Part shown: positions 46,282 to 54,765 of the stretch, in pieces
Position numbering within the stretch: position 1 is the first letter of the stretch
Layout: each line of letters starts with the position of its first letter
From: Promethearchaeota archaeon
GTDB lineage: Archaea > Asgardarchaeota > Thorarchaeia > Thorarchaeales > Thorarchaeaceae
Direction: 5' to 3'
DNA: 64,000 nt
Assembly: GCA_048939765.1 (NCBI GenBank)
Contig: JBHLPF010000007.1
Span: forward strand, 17,241-81,240
Translations under genes and position numbers: made by a program
The notes under the pieces: model-generated
Seen by the model: the letters and a program-made list of their open reading frames with translations, nothing else
Database searches by the model: none
Told to the model about the DNA's origin: nothing

Positions 46282-47529
46282 TTGGAAGCTCATCTAGTCC
46301 TCAACAGCTTTGGCCTCTTCTTGCTTGACGAAAGAGGGAGGGTCATCTCAGAACAGATCGTGTACCCCGATGTGGAAAAGATGTCTTCCGAGCTCGCAAT
46401 CCTTGGAGAAGGACAGCCCACAGAAATCCTAGAGCACATGGCAAAGGGATTTGCGAATCTTGGCGTCGATACAGTTGTCGTTGAGAATAGGATGATGAGT
46501 CGGGCATTGTCTGGTTTGACGCAGGTTCCCGTAAGTGTAAACGAAACATCAGCTGTGTTCAAGACCTTCCGAGATGCTCAAGACTCATACCTATTGAAAT
46601 CCGATTTTGTGACAGGAAAGGAAGATATTGCTTCATTTAGACGAGAGGTGGCTGTTCATATCGCTCGCGCAACAATCACCGCTGCTAGTGAAGAGAAGGA
46701 CCTTCTTGTGAAACATGCAATAGATGCAATCAGTGAGGTTGACAGATCCATCAACATTCTAGCGATGAGGCTGAGAGAATGGTATTCGCTTCATCATCCT
46801 TCATTGAACGAATTCGTAGAAGACCATGAAGTGTTTGCAAATGTAGTGAGCATATGTAGAGGCCGCTCAGGCATCGATTCTGAATGCCTATCAGAAGCAG
46901 GATGCTCCAGCCAACAGATTGAGAGTATCATGAAGGCAGTGCCCAAAGACCTAGGAGCGTCTTTCGAAACGGATGATTTGTCTATCGTGCAAAGCTTCGC
47001 AAATACCATTCAAACCCTCTATGCGAAGAGACGGGAGATTGAGGAGTATGTTGGTCAGATGATGGATTCCGTTGCGCCCAACATAACTACTCTCGTTGGT
47101 CCGATGGTAGGGGCTCGCCTAATCAGCCTCGCGGGATCGTTGAAGGACCTGGCACAGAAACCATCCAGCACAGTCCAGATTTACGGGGCGGAAAAGGCAT
47201 TGTTCAGGAGTCTGAAGACTGGAACAGACCCACCGAAGCATGGAATCATCTATCAAGTCCCGGAAATTCATAGTGCCCCCTATTGGCAAAGAGGAAAAAT
47301 CGCTAGAGCGCTGGCAGGAAAGATAGCCATTGCCGCACGTATCGATGCTTATTCCAAGAGAAACATAGGAGCAGACCTCAAGAAGAAATTCCTGGAGAGA
47401 GTTAGCGAGATTCAGAGGCAGAATGCAGAGGAACCACCGCCAAAACCTGCAAAGAAGGCCACCAAGAAGCCAGCAAAGCGGGGGAGAGGCCGTACTAGGA
47501 ATAAGAGAAAACGAGGTGCGAAGAAATGA
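46282..47529 (+). CDS. nop5: C/D box snoRNP protein Nop5 (Nop56/58)
   Basis: 415-aa ORF with a TTG start. It has the NOP domain (LVGPMVGARLISLAGSLKDLAQKPSSTVQIYGAEKALF) and a KKE-like basic tail. Its stop overlaps the flpA start. Confidence 0.95.
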   Translation: MEAHLVLNSFGLFLLDERGRVISEQIVYPDVEKMSSELAILGEGQPTEILEHMAKGFANLGVDTVVVENRMMSRALSGLTQVPVSVNETSAVFKTFRDAQDSYLLKSDFVTGKEDIASFRREVAVHIARATITAASEEKDLLVKHAIDAISEVDRSINILAMRLREWYSLHHPSLNEFVEDHEVFANVVSICRGRSGIDSECLSEAGCSSQQIESIMKAVPKDLGASFETDDLSIVQSFANTIQTLYAKRREIEEYVGQMMDSVAPNITTLVGPMVGARLISLAGSLKDLAQKPSSTVQIYGAEKALFRSLKTGTDPPKHGIIYQVPEIHSAPYWQRGKIARALAGKIAIAARIDAYSKRNIGADLKKKFLERVSEIQRQNAEEPPPKPAKKATKKPAKRGRGRTRNKRKRGAKK

Positions 47530-48227
47530 CGGAAATAAAGAGGCACAGGTTCCCAGGCGTCTTCCAAATCGTTGACAAATCCAAGTCATCTCTTGCCACA
47601 CAGAGCATTGTCGCCGGACAGAGCGTCTATGGCGAAAAGGTCCTGACCATTGAGGGAGAAGGCGACTTCCGTTTATGGAATCCTCGAAGGTCTAAGCTGG
47701 CCGCAGCAATCCAAAAGGGCGTCACGGAGATGCCAATCCAACCAGGGTCCAGAGTCCTGTATCTTGGTGCTGCATCAGGGACCACCGTGAGTCACTGTTC
47801 AGACATTGTGGGCGATCAAGGAATCGTGTATGCTGTGGAGTTCTCAACACGTGCCGCTCGAGGACTCCTCCAACTTGCTGAATCGCGTAATAACATCGTA
47901 CCAATCATTGAGGATGCAAGACACCCAATGAAGTATGCCCCTTTGATAGCTGGTCCTATCAACGTAGTCTATCAAGACATTGCACAGCCGAATCAGGCCG
48001 GTATTCTCGGCAATAACATCAGGGTCTTTTGCGGATTCGGTGCATGGGGGTTGATTGCTCTCAAAGCAAGAAGCATAGACTCGACCGCACCAATTGATGA
48101 GATCTATAGCAGCGAGATATCTGTATTGGACTCCCAAGGTCTTGAGGTGATTGAGAATGTGAACCTAGAACCCTTGGAGAAAGACCACAGGTTCTTGGTC
48201 TGCCGTGTCACGGAGGGGCAAACGTGA
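47526..48227 (+). CDS. flpA: Fibrillarin rRNA/tRNA 2'-O-methyltransferase
   Basis: 233-aa ORF with WNPRRSKLAAAI and VLYLGAASGTTVSHCSDIVG. Confidence 0.95.
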   Translation: MTEIKRHRFPGVFQIVDKSKSSLATQSIVAGQSVYGEKVLTIEGEGDFRLWNPRRSKLAAAIQKGVTEMPIQPGSRVLYLGAASGTTVSHCSDIVGDQGIVYAVEFSTRAARGLLQLAESRNNIVPIIEDARHPMKYAPLIAGPINVVYQDIAQPNQAGILGNNIRVFCGFGAWGLIALKARSIDSTAPIDEIYSSEISVLDSQGLEVIENVNLEPLEKDHRFLVCRVTEGQT

Positions 48228-48682
48228 CTCCATCTATAGACAAGATTGTTCAGCATGAGATTGATTCCATAAATGACCACATGCCTGCCAATAGATTCAC
48301 TCTGAGCGAATTGGCCAAAACAGAAGACCCGCACTATATGACCAGAAATGGGGAGAAGTCCATCCTCAAGATGGATGAGATAACTGAGCTCTTGAAGCTG
48401 GTACCCTCAAAATTCCACGATGAAATCAGACTTCCGTTAGTGATTCTACGACGAATGGATTATGGTGCTGGGATCTACACTATCGCAGGAGGCAAAGCAG
48501 AACTCTTCATGGTCCATCACATGCTAGGATATGTTGACCTAGAATGGAAGGATTTTCAGAAATGGAAACCCATTGAAAGACTAATGCGACCCCAAGTGCA
48601 GGCAATAAGACGAAAATTGCCATCTACATCATGCATTGGCTTTGTTACCTCTACGGAGAATGACGAGGGAGGACCTCGGTAG
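48224..48682 (+). CDS. DUF61 / UPF0216 family protein
   Basis: 152-aa ORF with a GTG start overlapping the flpA stop (GTGA). The pattern LSELAK.EDPHYMTRNGEKSILKMDEI...LPLVILRR fits archaeal UPF0216 (from memory). Confidence 0.6.
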   Translation: MTPSIDKIVQHEIDSINDHMPANRFTLSELAKTEDPHYMTRNGEKSILKMDEITELLKLVPSKFHDEIRLPLVILRRMDYGAGIYTIAGGKAELFMVHHMLGYVDLEWKDFQKWKPIERLMRPQVQAIRRKLPSTSCIGFVTSTENDEGGPR

Positions 48683-48750
48683 TCTATCATTTTTCACAAT
48701 CAGCAATGGCTAAAAACCCTAAAAGGCAGATGAGACCTTAGGTCCAAGTA

Positions 48751-49710
48751 ATGACGAGAGCCCGAACCCAGCTAATGCAGGAAGTCACATCACATCTAGT
48801 GAAGGCTGGGTTCGATATATCATCGCCTTGTGATGTCAGACCAAGCTGTTTTGACATGGTTGCCCGCAGGGGTGACAAGATCATTTTGATCAAGACCCTC
48901 GCTAATATTGATGCATTCAAGAAGGACGATGCCATTGTATTGCAGCTCGTAGCTCAGTTCTTCGATGCCATTCCACTAATTGTGGGCAAGACCACCCGAA
49001 GAGGGGCTCTTGACGATGGCATAATTTACAAGAGATATGGCGTTCCAACCATTGCGCCTCATAGTTTTGAAAGGATGATTGTTGAAGAAGAACAGCCTCG
49101 GCAGTTTATCCAGCGCGGAGGGCGATTCGTATCCATAGATGGTGAGAAACTGAAGGAAGTCAGGCTCTCGCTCAACATGACTCAAGAGGAACTGGCTGAT
49201 TGCATTCAGGTTTCTGCTAGGGCGGTCCTGGCCTATGAGAAGAATGAGATGGCAGTCAGCGTTGAGGCAGCAGAGAAACTTGAGAGGGAACTGAAAACCG
49301 ACCTGATTATTCCTGTGGATCTGCTAGGCTCCGTGATAGTCCCTCATGAACAGCCTCAGACTGCTGCATCGATAGAAAACCTTGACCTAGTCCAACGAGT
49401 GAAGGACTTCTTCGAGAAACTGGAAATGAGCGTGTTGTGGACTGATAGAGCTCCATTCCATGTGATCGCAAAAGAGGAGGGGCCGCCTCTGATGACTGGC
49501 GTTGGCTCAATCAAGAGCAAGACTCTGAAAAAGCGAGTGGAGATTCTCAAGAGTGTATCTGAGGTCACAGAATCAGATGCGGTGATCATTGTGGAGGAGG
49601 GCAAAACCGAACAGGCCGTTTCAGATTTGCCCGTTATCAGGCAGTTAGAACTTGAAGATATCGACGAGCCTCATGAGCTGAAGAAGATAATCAACGAAAG
49701 GTCTGAATGA
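48751..49710 (+). CDS. Archaeal putative transcriptional regulator with a central cro/C1-type HTH (COG1395-like)
   Basis: 319-aa ORF. The HTH is LNMTQEELADCIQVSARAVLAYEKNE. The N-terminal part, SCFDMVARRGDKIILIKTLANID, is typical of this family. Confidence 0.65.
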   Translation: MTRARTQLMQEVTSHLVKAGFDISSPCDVRPSCFDMVARRGDKIILIKTLANIDAFKKDDAIVLQLVAQFFDAIPLIVGKTTRRGALDDGIIYKRYGVPTIAPHSFERMIVEEEQPRQFIQRGGRFVSIDGEKLKEVRLSLNMTQEELADCIQVSARAVLAYEKNEMAVSVEAAEKLERELKTDLIIPVDLLGSVIVPHEQPQTAASIENLDLVQRVKDFFEKLEMSVLWTDRAPFHVIAKEEGPPLMTGVGSIKSKTLKKRVEILKSVSEVTESDAVIIVEEGKTEQAVSDLPVIRQLELEDIDEPHELKKIINERSE

Positions 49711-49713
49711 CCG

Positions 49714-50421
49714 CTAGATGTCTAGTGACTGTTGCGTTGTTTCTGCATCTTCCTGAAGTCTTCTGACAGATTCCCAACTCTTTCTTACGATTGACGGGAG
49801 TTCGTCTCCATCTTCAATGAGTTTGCGGATGAAGTCTACAGAATTGGGATCTGAGGGATAGCCAGAGCCAAAGTTTCCATATTCTTGATGTAGACTGGCA
49901 ACAATGCGCTCTCGTTCTTCTTTGGCAATAATCGATGCAGCAGACACGATTGGAAACTTTGAGTCCGCCTTATGTTCAGATATAATCTTGCAGCCAAGAA
50001 GTGTTAACCCACTCCGGTCTCCAATGACATCCCCGAATCTGTCTGCTTTGACGTCTGCTGCATCAAGATAAGCAGTCTTTGGGCTCAGTTTTGAGAGGAC
50101 CGAAACAAACTGCTGAACCTCAATCTCGTTGAGAGAAACGCCCCTGCCTCTAAGACCGTCTATCTCAGCCGCTGATATGACTCTTATCTCGGTCTTATCG
50201 ACAATCCCAGCAATCAGTTCAGCCAAGGTGGCCCTCCGTTTTGGAGAGAGCGTCTTGGAGTCTCTCACTCCACTGGCTGCAAGCCTAGGTAATTCAGTTT
50301 CGTGAACTAAGACCCCAGCAACAACCAGGGGCCCTATCATTGGCCCTCGGCCTGCCTCGTCAATCCCTGCCACTCCTCTCAAGACGCTCCCCTTTTTGTT
50401 CATGCTCTGGGACCAATCCAT
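49714..50421 (-). CDS. rnhB: Ribonuclease HII
   Basis: Has GIDEAGRGPMIGPLVVAGV and DSKTLSPKRR. The track ORF extends to 50580 across the tRNA-Trp gene. The start is placed at Met 50421 (alternative 50403). Confidence 0.9.
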   Translation of the reverse strand: MDWSQSMNKKGSVLRGVAGIDEAGRGPMIGPLVVAGVLVHETELPRLAASGVRDSKTLSPKRRATLAELIAGIVDKTEIRVISAAEIDGLRGRGVSLNEIEVQQFVSVLSKLSPKTAYLDAADVKADRFGDVIGDRSGLTLLGCKIISEHKADSKFPIVSAASIIAKEERERIVASLHQEYGNFGSGYPSDPNSVDFIRKLIEDGDELPSIVRKSWESVRRLQEDAETTQQSLDI

Positions 50422-50463
50422 CTTGCTTATTGTACACTCAGCAGCACGGTGCAGAACTGAAAG

Positions 50464-50601
50464 TGGTGGGGCGAGTGGGATTTGAACCCACGATCGACGA
50501 GTGTCTTCTACGACGACGGTCAGCGTTTTGACCCTGCTATTCAGACGCGAAATGCATCTAGATCTGGAGCCCGTCGCCATGCCGGACTAGGCCACCGCCC
50601 C
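50464..50601 (-). tRNA. tRNA-Trp (anticodon CCA) with a roughly 61-nt canonical (37/38) intron, CCA encoded
   Basis: Acceptor GGGGCGG/TCGCCCC, anticodon stem ACGGG/CTCGT. The loop CTCCAG-[intron, about 50503-50563]-A is interrupted. T arm GTGGG-TTCAAAT-CCCAC, then A-CCA. Confidence 0.8.
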
Positions 50602-50848
50602 GAATCAAGGCGCAGGATGCTGGAACGAGTTAATAACCTTTCGTCAATCAGGCTCCATTAGACCTTCTCATTCACCACAATTGCTGACAATGCAACCGCT
50701 TTTCAGGTGTCTTGTGATTGATGGACCTATTGAACTAGTCAAGTTCTGCAACTAACTTCTCAAATGCAGAGAACACATTCACCAAGAATGGTTTCATACC
50801 ATGTGTCACAGAATGTTAGAAATACTCTCTGTAACTGCCTGATGTTGA

Positions 50849-51730
50849 ATGGGAAATCTGGATGGCACGGAAGGTATTCTATTGATCCTGGGTAGTATCT
50901 TGCTTAAGGTTGCCCCGAAAATCAAGAAAGCGTGGGCTAGAATTTGGCCAATCGATGGTGAGAAGGAGATACTATCAAAACTGACTCCGTGGATTATTGA
51001 GCGAAAGCCCAAACTCAGAAAGGGGGCTGTGCTACGGCGGAATCTCAACAGTAGCAGATGGTATGCATACGAGTGTACTGAAGACCTATTTGTCGTCCTC
51101 ATCACAGACGGCAAAGAGTCAGACGAGATGATTATAGATAGAGTGCGGAGGGCGGGTCGAGCAGTAAGGAGTGAATTGGAAAACCAGTCAGTCACAAAGG
51201 TGTTCAAGAAATACACCGAGATTGTGACACCATTCTTAGAGTCCAAGCTCGTGGTCGCTCTAGTAGGGACTAGGGGAGTAGGAAAGACGACTACCATGCA
51301 CTTGCTGCTTGGACACAGACCTCCTGAGGTCTATATTCCCACAATGGGTATGAACACGACGAGCCTTGAGGGAATGGACATCTCAAACTGTACTGTTGAT
51401 CTCTGGGACCTCGGAGGCGACGACGAGGTCAACAAAGTCTGGGAATCATGTCTAGTCAATGTTGATGTCATACTGTTGTTGACAGACTCAACTCTGAAGA
51501 ATGTCTTGGAGTCCCAGAAGCTGGCGTCTGAAATCATGAGCTGTGCAGAAACAGCTTCTCTGACAGTGATAGCCAATAAACAGGACCTGCCTAATGCCTT
51601 GGCGCCATCAGTGGTCGAGAAGGTCTTCAACATGGAGGCGCATCCACTGGTGGCTACAGACCTGACTGAACATGAAGAGGCTGAGAGAATTCTGAAACAC
51701 AGCCTTGCCAGCCATATTGGATTCACATAA
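50849..51730 (+). CDS. Arf-family small GTPase with a roughly 140-aa N-terminal extension
   Basis: 293-aa ORF. G1 is GTRGVGKTT, switch I is YIPTMGMN, G3 is WDLGGD and G4 is ANKQDLPNAL, which is almost literally the eukaryotic Arf motif. The N-terminal part has a hydrophobic segment (GILLILGSILL) and an alpha/beta-looking region. Confidence 0.8.
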   Translation: MGNLDGTEGILLILGSILLKVAPKIKKAWARIWPIDGEKEILSKLTPWIIERKPKLRKGAVLRRNLNSSRWYAYECTEDLFVVLITDGKESDEMIIDRVRRAGRAVRSELENQSVTKVFKKYTEIVTPFLESKLVVALVGTRGVGKTTTMHLLLGHRPPEVYIPTMGMNTTSLEGMDISNCTVDLWDLGGDDEVNKVWESCLVNVDVILLLTDSTLKNVLESQKLASEIMSCAETASLTVIANKQDLPNALAPSVVEKVFNMEAHPLVATDLTEHEEAERILKHSLASHIGFT

Positions 51731-51799
51731 CAGTGAGAAGCGTGGAAAAGAAAATGTGGCAGCTTGTGGACCTGTAGAGGAACCATGCTAGAGGACAAT

Positions 51800-51807
51800 G
51801 TTTAAAA
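51800..51807 (+). promoter_or_regulatory. TATA-like box for 5S rRNA
   Basis: GTTTAAAA is centred about 30 nt upstream of the inferred 5S 5' end. Confidence 0.35.
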
Positions 51808-51832
51808 CCCAAAACACCAGACCACGGAACTT

Positions 51833-51951
51833 GATGGCGGCCATAGGCGCCGGGGACCATCCGATCCCGTTCCGATCTCGGAAATTAAGCCCGGTGTCGT
51901 TGCAGGAGATGTGCGCTGCGCGAGCGCGTGACAGGCCTGCAAGCTGCCACA
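51833..51951 (+). rRNA. 5S ribosomal RNA (stand-alone)
   Basis: TGGCGGCCATAGGCGCCGGGGACCATCCGATCCCGTTCCGATCTCGGAAATTAAGCCCGG... matches the universal 5S core (CCGAxCTCGGAAxTTAAGCC). Helix I closes as TGGCGGC/GCTGCCA. The ends are accurate to within a few nt. Confidence 0.85.
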
Positions 51952-52053
51952 TTCTCCTTATTCCAACCATATCGCGGAGAGAACAACCCACGCAATCATA
52001 TGCCCAATAGGTAATGGTTAAAGGAGAACTCGAGTTTTTCGAGATGAAACAAA

Positions 52054-53175
52054 ATGCAGTTACCAGGTCTAGAAGGCGATTATACAGGGCTCATCAATAT
52101 TGTATTCCTCGTGTTCATCATCATGATGAGTCTTTATGGAGCTAGAATACAGATGTGGCAGTGGCTCAAGCAAATAGAGGCTAGCCTTGCTGAGCTTGAA
52201 CAAATGAAGAAAGAGTCGATGCAGAAAGCAATTGAAACGTTCAACAAGTTCGGTAGAAACGAGGATGAGGTCGAGAAGGAACTTGCTCGTTGGCTAGACT
52301 ACTTCACGATAATGCCTGTGGATTTAGACCCGGCTGGGATACTGAAACGGTTGGACCATCTCCTGGATGAACGTCGAGACCGGTTTCAAGAGTTCGTATC
52401 AGAGCTTGCACCAGAAGGTGGCACAGCTGAGCATCAGTCATTGGAGAATACCCTTGAGGTGACTCAGGTTCTAGACCTGATCTTCCGTATCGTCCGACAC
52501 TTCTACCTGATTGGGAAGAAGACTGGGAGTCAAATAATGATCATGCAGATTCACATGCAACTCCCGGACATCATGCGGCTGGCAAAGGCATACTTCGATG
52601 CCCTTGATGCGTTTGCGGATGGTAAGCCTATCGGAGATGGCATTGGACCGTTGGTAGTCACTCGGTTCGCTCGCGAATATGGCGGAACTCCTGACAGATA
52701 TGTTCACGAAATCAGCAAAGAGGTTGGATATTATCCTATTGAGGTCGAAGGACGCACAGTCTATGCTATAAGGGCTACTGGCCCTGGTGGCACAGTAGGA
52801 AAACCAGGCTTCGCCGTCAAGAAGATAGTCGACGACAATAAGGGAAAGATCGCCAGAATCATCACAATCGATGCCGCTCTAAAACTCGAGGGGGAGGACC
52901 TTGGACGTGTTTCAGAGGGAACTGGCGCTGCAATAGGCGATCCCGGCCCTGAAAAGTATGCCATGGAGCAGACTGCAACAGAGAATGACATCGGCATCGA
53001 GGCCATTGTTATTAAAGAGGATGAGGCTGCAGCCGTCGGTGTGTTGGACAAGAAGATTCTTGACTCTGTGCCTGAGGTCATAGAGAGGATTAAGACGTCG
53101 ATTCTAAAGAGAACAAAGCCCGGTGACAAGATCATCCTAGCGGGAATTGGAAACACTATTGGAATTGGACTCTGA
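52054..53175 (+). CDS. DUF1512-like archaeal protein (N-terminal TM helix)
   Basis: 373-aa ORF with an N-terminal hydrophobic helix followed by coiled-coil and then a globular part. The family assignment is from memory. Confidence 0.5.
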   Translation: MQLPGLEGDYTGLINIVFLVFIIMMSLYGARIQMWQWLKQIEASLAELEQMKKESMQKAIETFNKFGRNEDEVEKELARWLDYFTIMPVDLDPAGILKRLDHLLDERRDRFQEFVSELAPEGGTAEHQSLENTLEVTQVLDLIFRIVRHFYLIGKKTGSQIMIMQIHMQLPDIMRLAKAYFDALDAFADGKPIGDGIGPLVVTRFAREYGGTPDRYVHEISKEVGYYPIEVEGRTVYAIRATGPGGTVGKPGFAVKKIVDDNKGKIARIITIDAALKLEGEDLGRVSEGTGAAIGDPGPEKYAMEQTATENDIGIEAIVIKEDEAAAVGVLDKKILDSVPEVIERIKTSILKRTKPGDKIILAGIGNTIGIGL

Positions 53176-53187
53176 GGTGACTGAGAT

Positions 53188-53541
53188 ATGGGATTAGTCA
53201 GCAAAATACTGGGAATCGGCATTGCCGCATCTGGAATAGTAATCCTGTTCTTTGGGTCTTCAGACCCTGTCTGGTCCTTTGGTTACTACATACTTGGCCT
53301 CATACTGATGTCTGTAGGACTGACATTGGTCACTTCAAGAAGCGCGGCTGGAGAGAAGAAACCACCGCCACCAACTGTGACAGACATAAGATGTGATAAT
53401 CTGGAGTGTACATTCAAGGAGATTAGAGACTTCCAGAAGGGTGACTATATTCTAAAGCCCATGGAGACTCAATGCCCGAAATGTCAAAGTACCATGACAA
53501 TTCAAGGAGTGTATATTGTCAGAGAGCAGGAGCCAGAATAG
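53188..53541 (+). CDS. Small membrane protein with a C-terminal zinc-ribbon-like motif
   Basis: 117-aa ORF with two TM helices, then CDNLEC...(20 aa)...CPKC. Confidence 0.5.
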   Translation: MGLVSKILGIGIAASGIVILFFGSSDPVWSFGYYILGLILMSVGLTLVTSRSAAGEKKPPPPTVTDIRCDNLECTFKEIRDFQKGDYILKPMETQCPKCQSTMTIQGVYIVREQEPE

Positions 53542-53647
53542 TAGGAACGTCCTCAGTCCTCGGCACAGCAGCCTGACTCACCTCATCCAGCACACGGGCT
53601 GCTCTTTTCCCCACCTTCACATAGTCAGGGTGAGGACCAATCGCCAT
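53519..53647 (-). pseudogene. Relic copy of the methionine aminopeptidase N-terminus
   Basis: My translation is MAIGPHPDYVKVGKRAARVLDEVSQAAVPRTEDVPTILAPAL (42 codons). PHPDYVKVGKRAARVLDEVS aligns with PHPDFVKAGQIAARVLKEMS of the intact map gene 65 nt upstream, with 14 identities over 20 positions. It overlaps the 3' end of 53188..53541. Confidence 0.5.
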
Positions 53648-53711
53648 GGCAGATCACGAATTTGCTTGACGTGTCGGTTCTTAAGACGCTTCATACGCGC
53701 TTTTAGAAAAG

Positions 53712-54611
53712 TCAGTCACGCAGAGTCGTAACTATGGCTCCCTTTTCTCCAACAAATAGGCTGTGCTCAAACTGGGACACCATACCGTCTTTGCCCTCGA
53801 TGAGCACAGGATAACTTCTGATTGCGCCTGCTCTGAGAAGGGTGTGGAGTGCTGCAGTCACATCGACATGAGAGTTGCTGAGCCATCTCGATGCCCAAGG
53901 AAGAGGACCGAATCTTTTGCGTGCTGCATTACGAACTTGACTTGTCAGTCGATCCAGTTTCTTCTTGTTGGTCAGCACATTCGCAAAGATATAGGATTCT
54001 GGTGACGATTTCACTGTCCCATTGCCGTCCGTTGCGAATGGCTCTACCGCAAAGGTTTCACCCAGATTCATCTTAGCACCTCTGCGTGTTCCAACATTCG
54101 GAACATTCGTTCCTGCGTGGAGATTCCACTGCTTGAGCTGATGACCTGAGAGCTGATGAATGGGACGCAGACCGTGCTTCTTGATAGTTCGTTCGATTGC
54201 AGCACCAACCTCTCCCACACGGACTCCTGGTTGAATCACCTCTATAGCGGCGTCCAGTGCAGAACTTGCCGCCGCAATGAAGTTCTCATAGGATCCATCC
54301 AGATCAATAGTGACCGCTGTATCCACTAGGTGACCGTTGACATGAGCGCCAATATCTAGTTTGACCAAGCCCTTCTTTGGAAACGTCTTACTATCATTAT
54401 GGGGACTAGTGTAGTGTGCGGCTTCCTCATTTAGTGAAACATTGCACGGAAAGGCTAGTCCTCCACCGTACTCGAGTATTTTCTTCTCTACAAGGGTGCA
54501 GATTCTCAAGACCTTGACTCCGGGCTTGACCTGGGGGCTCATTTCCTTTAGGACTCTTGCTGCGATCTGGCCGGCCTTTACGAAATCAGGATGAGGAGAG
54601 GTCATTGTCAC
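53712..54611 (-). CDS. map: Type 2 (archaeal/eukaryotic) methionine aminopeptidase
   Basis: 299-aa ORF with GLAFPCNVSLNEEAAHYTP-like, DIGAHVNGHLVDTA and FEHSLFV. Confidence 0.9.
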   Translation of the reverse strand: MTMTSPHPDFVKAGQIAARVLKEMSPQVKPGVKVLRICTLVEKKILEYGGGLAFPCNVSLNEEAAHYTSPHNDSKTFPKKGLVKLDIGAHVNGHLVDTAVTIDLDGSYENFIAAASSALDAAIEVIQPGVRVGEVGAAIERTIKKHGLRPIHQLSGHQLKQWNLHAGTNVPNVGTRRGAKMNLGETFAVEPFATDGNGTVKSSPESYIFANVLTNKKKLDRLTSQVRNAARKRFGPLPWASRWLSNSHVDVTAALHTLLRAGAIRSYPVLIEGKDGMVSQFEHSLFVGEKGAIVTTLRD

Positions 54612-54765
54612 TTACGAGAGCTGTAGAATCTAATCTTAAGGAGTTCTATTCATGAGCTTCATCATAGTAGGTAACAATGAAGGACACACGGAGAGCAGAA
54701 GTGACTAATTTAAGATGCACCTTGCTAACATAGGATGCAGAGAACTGTCATTAGGAGAGAAAAAT

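Noticed and set aside
50503-50563. A C/D box guide RNA inside the tRNA-Trp intron, as in some Euryarchaeota.
   Set aside because: Two CUGA motifs are present. There is no canonical RUGAUGA C or C' box, the spacings are too short, and I found no complementarity to the anticodon arm. This remains only an open question in the findings.
50422-50580. The N-terminal extension of the RNase HII ORF.
   Set aside because: The extension runs through the tRNA-Trp gene (50464-50601). The conserved RNase HII N-terminus (GIDEAGRGP) starts shortly after the internal Met codons at 50421/50403.
51788-52010. Two ORFs of 67 and 70 aa on opposite strands.
   Set aside because: They coincide with the 5S rRNA gene and are artefacts of the ORF scan.
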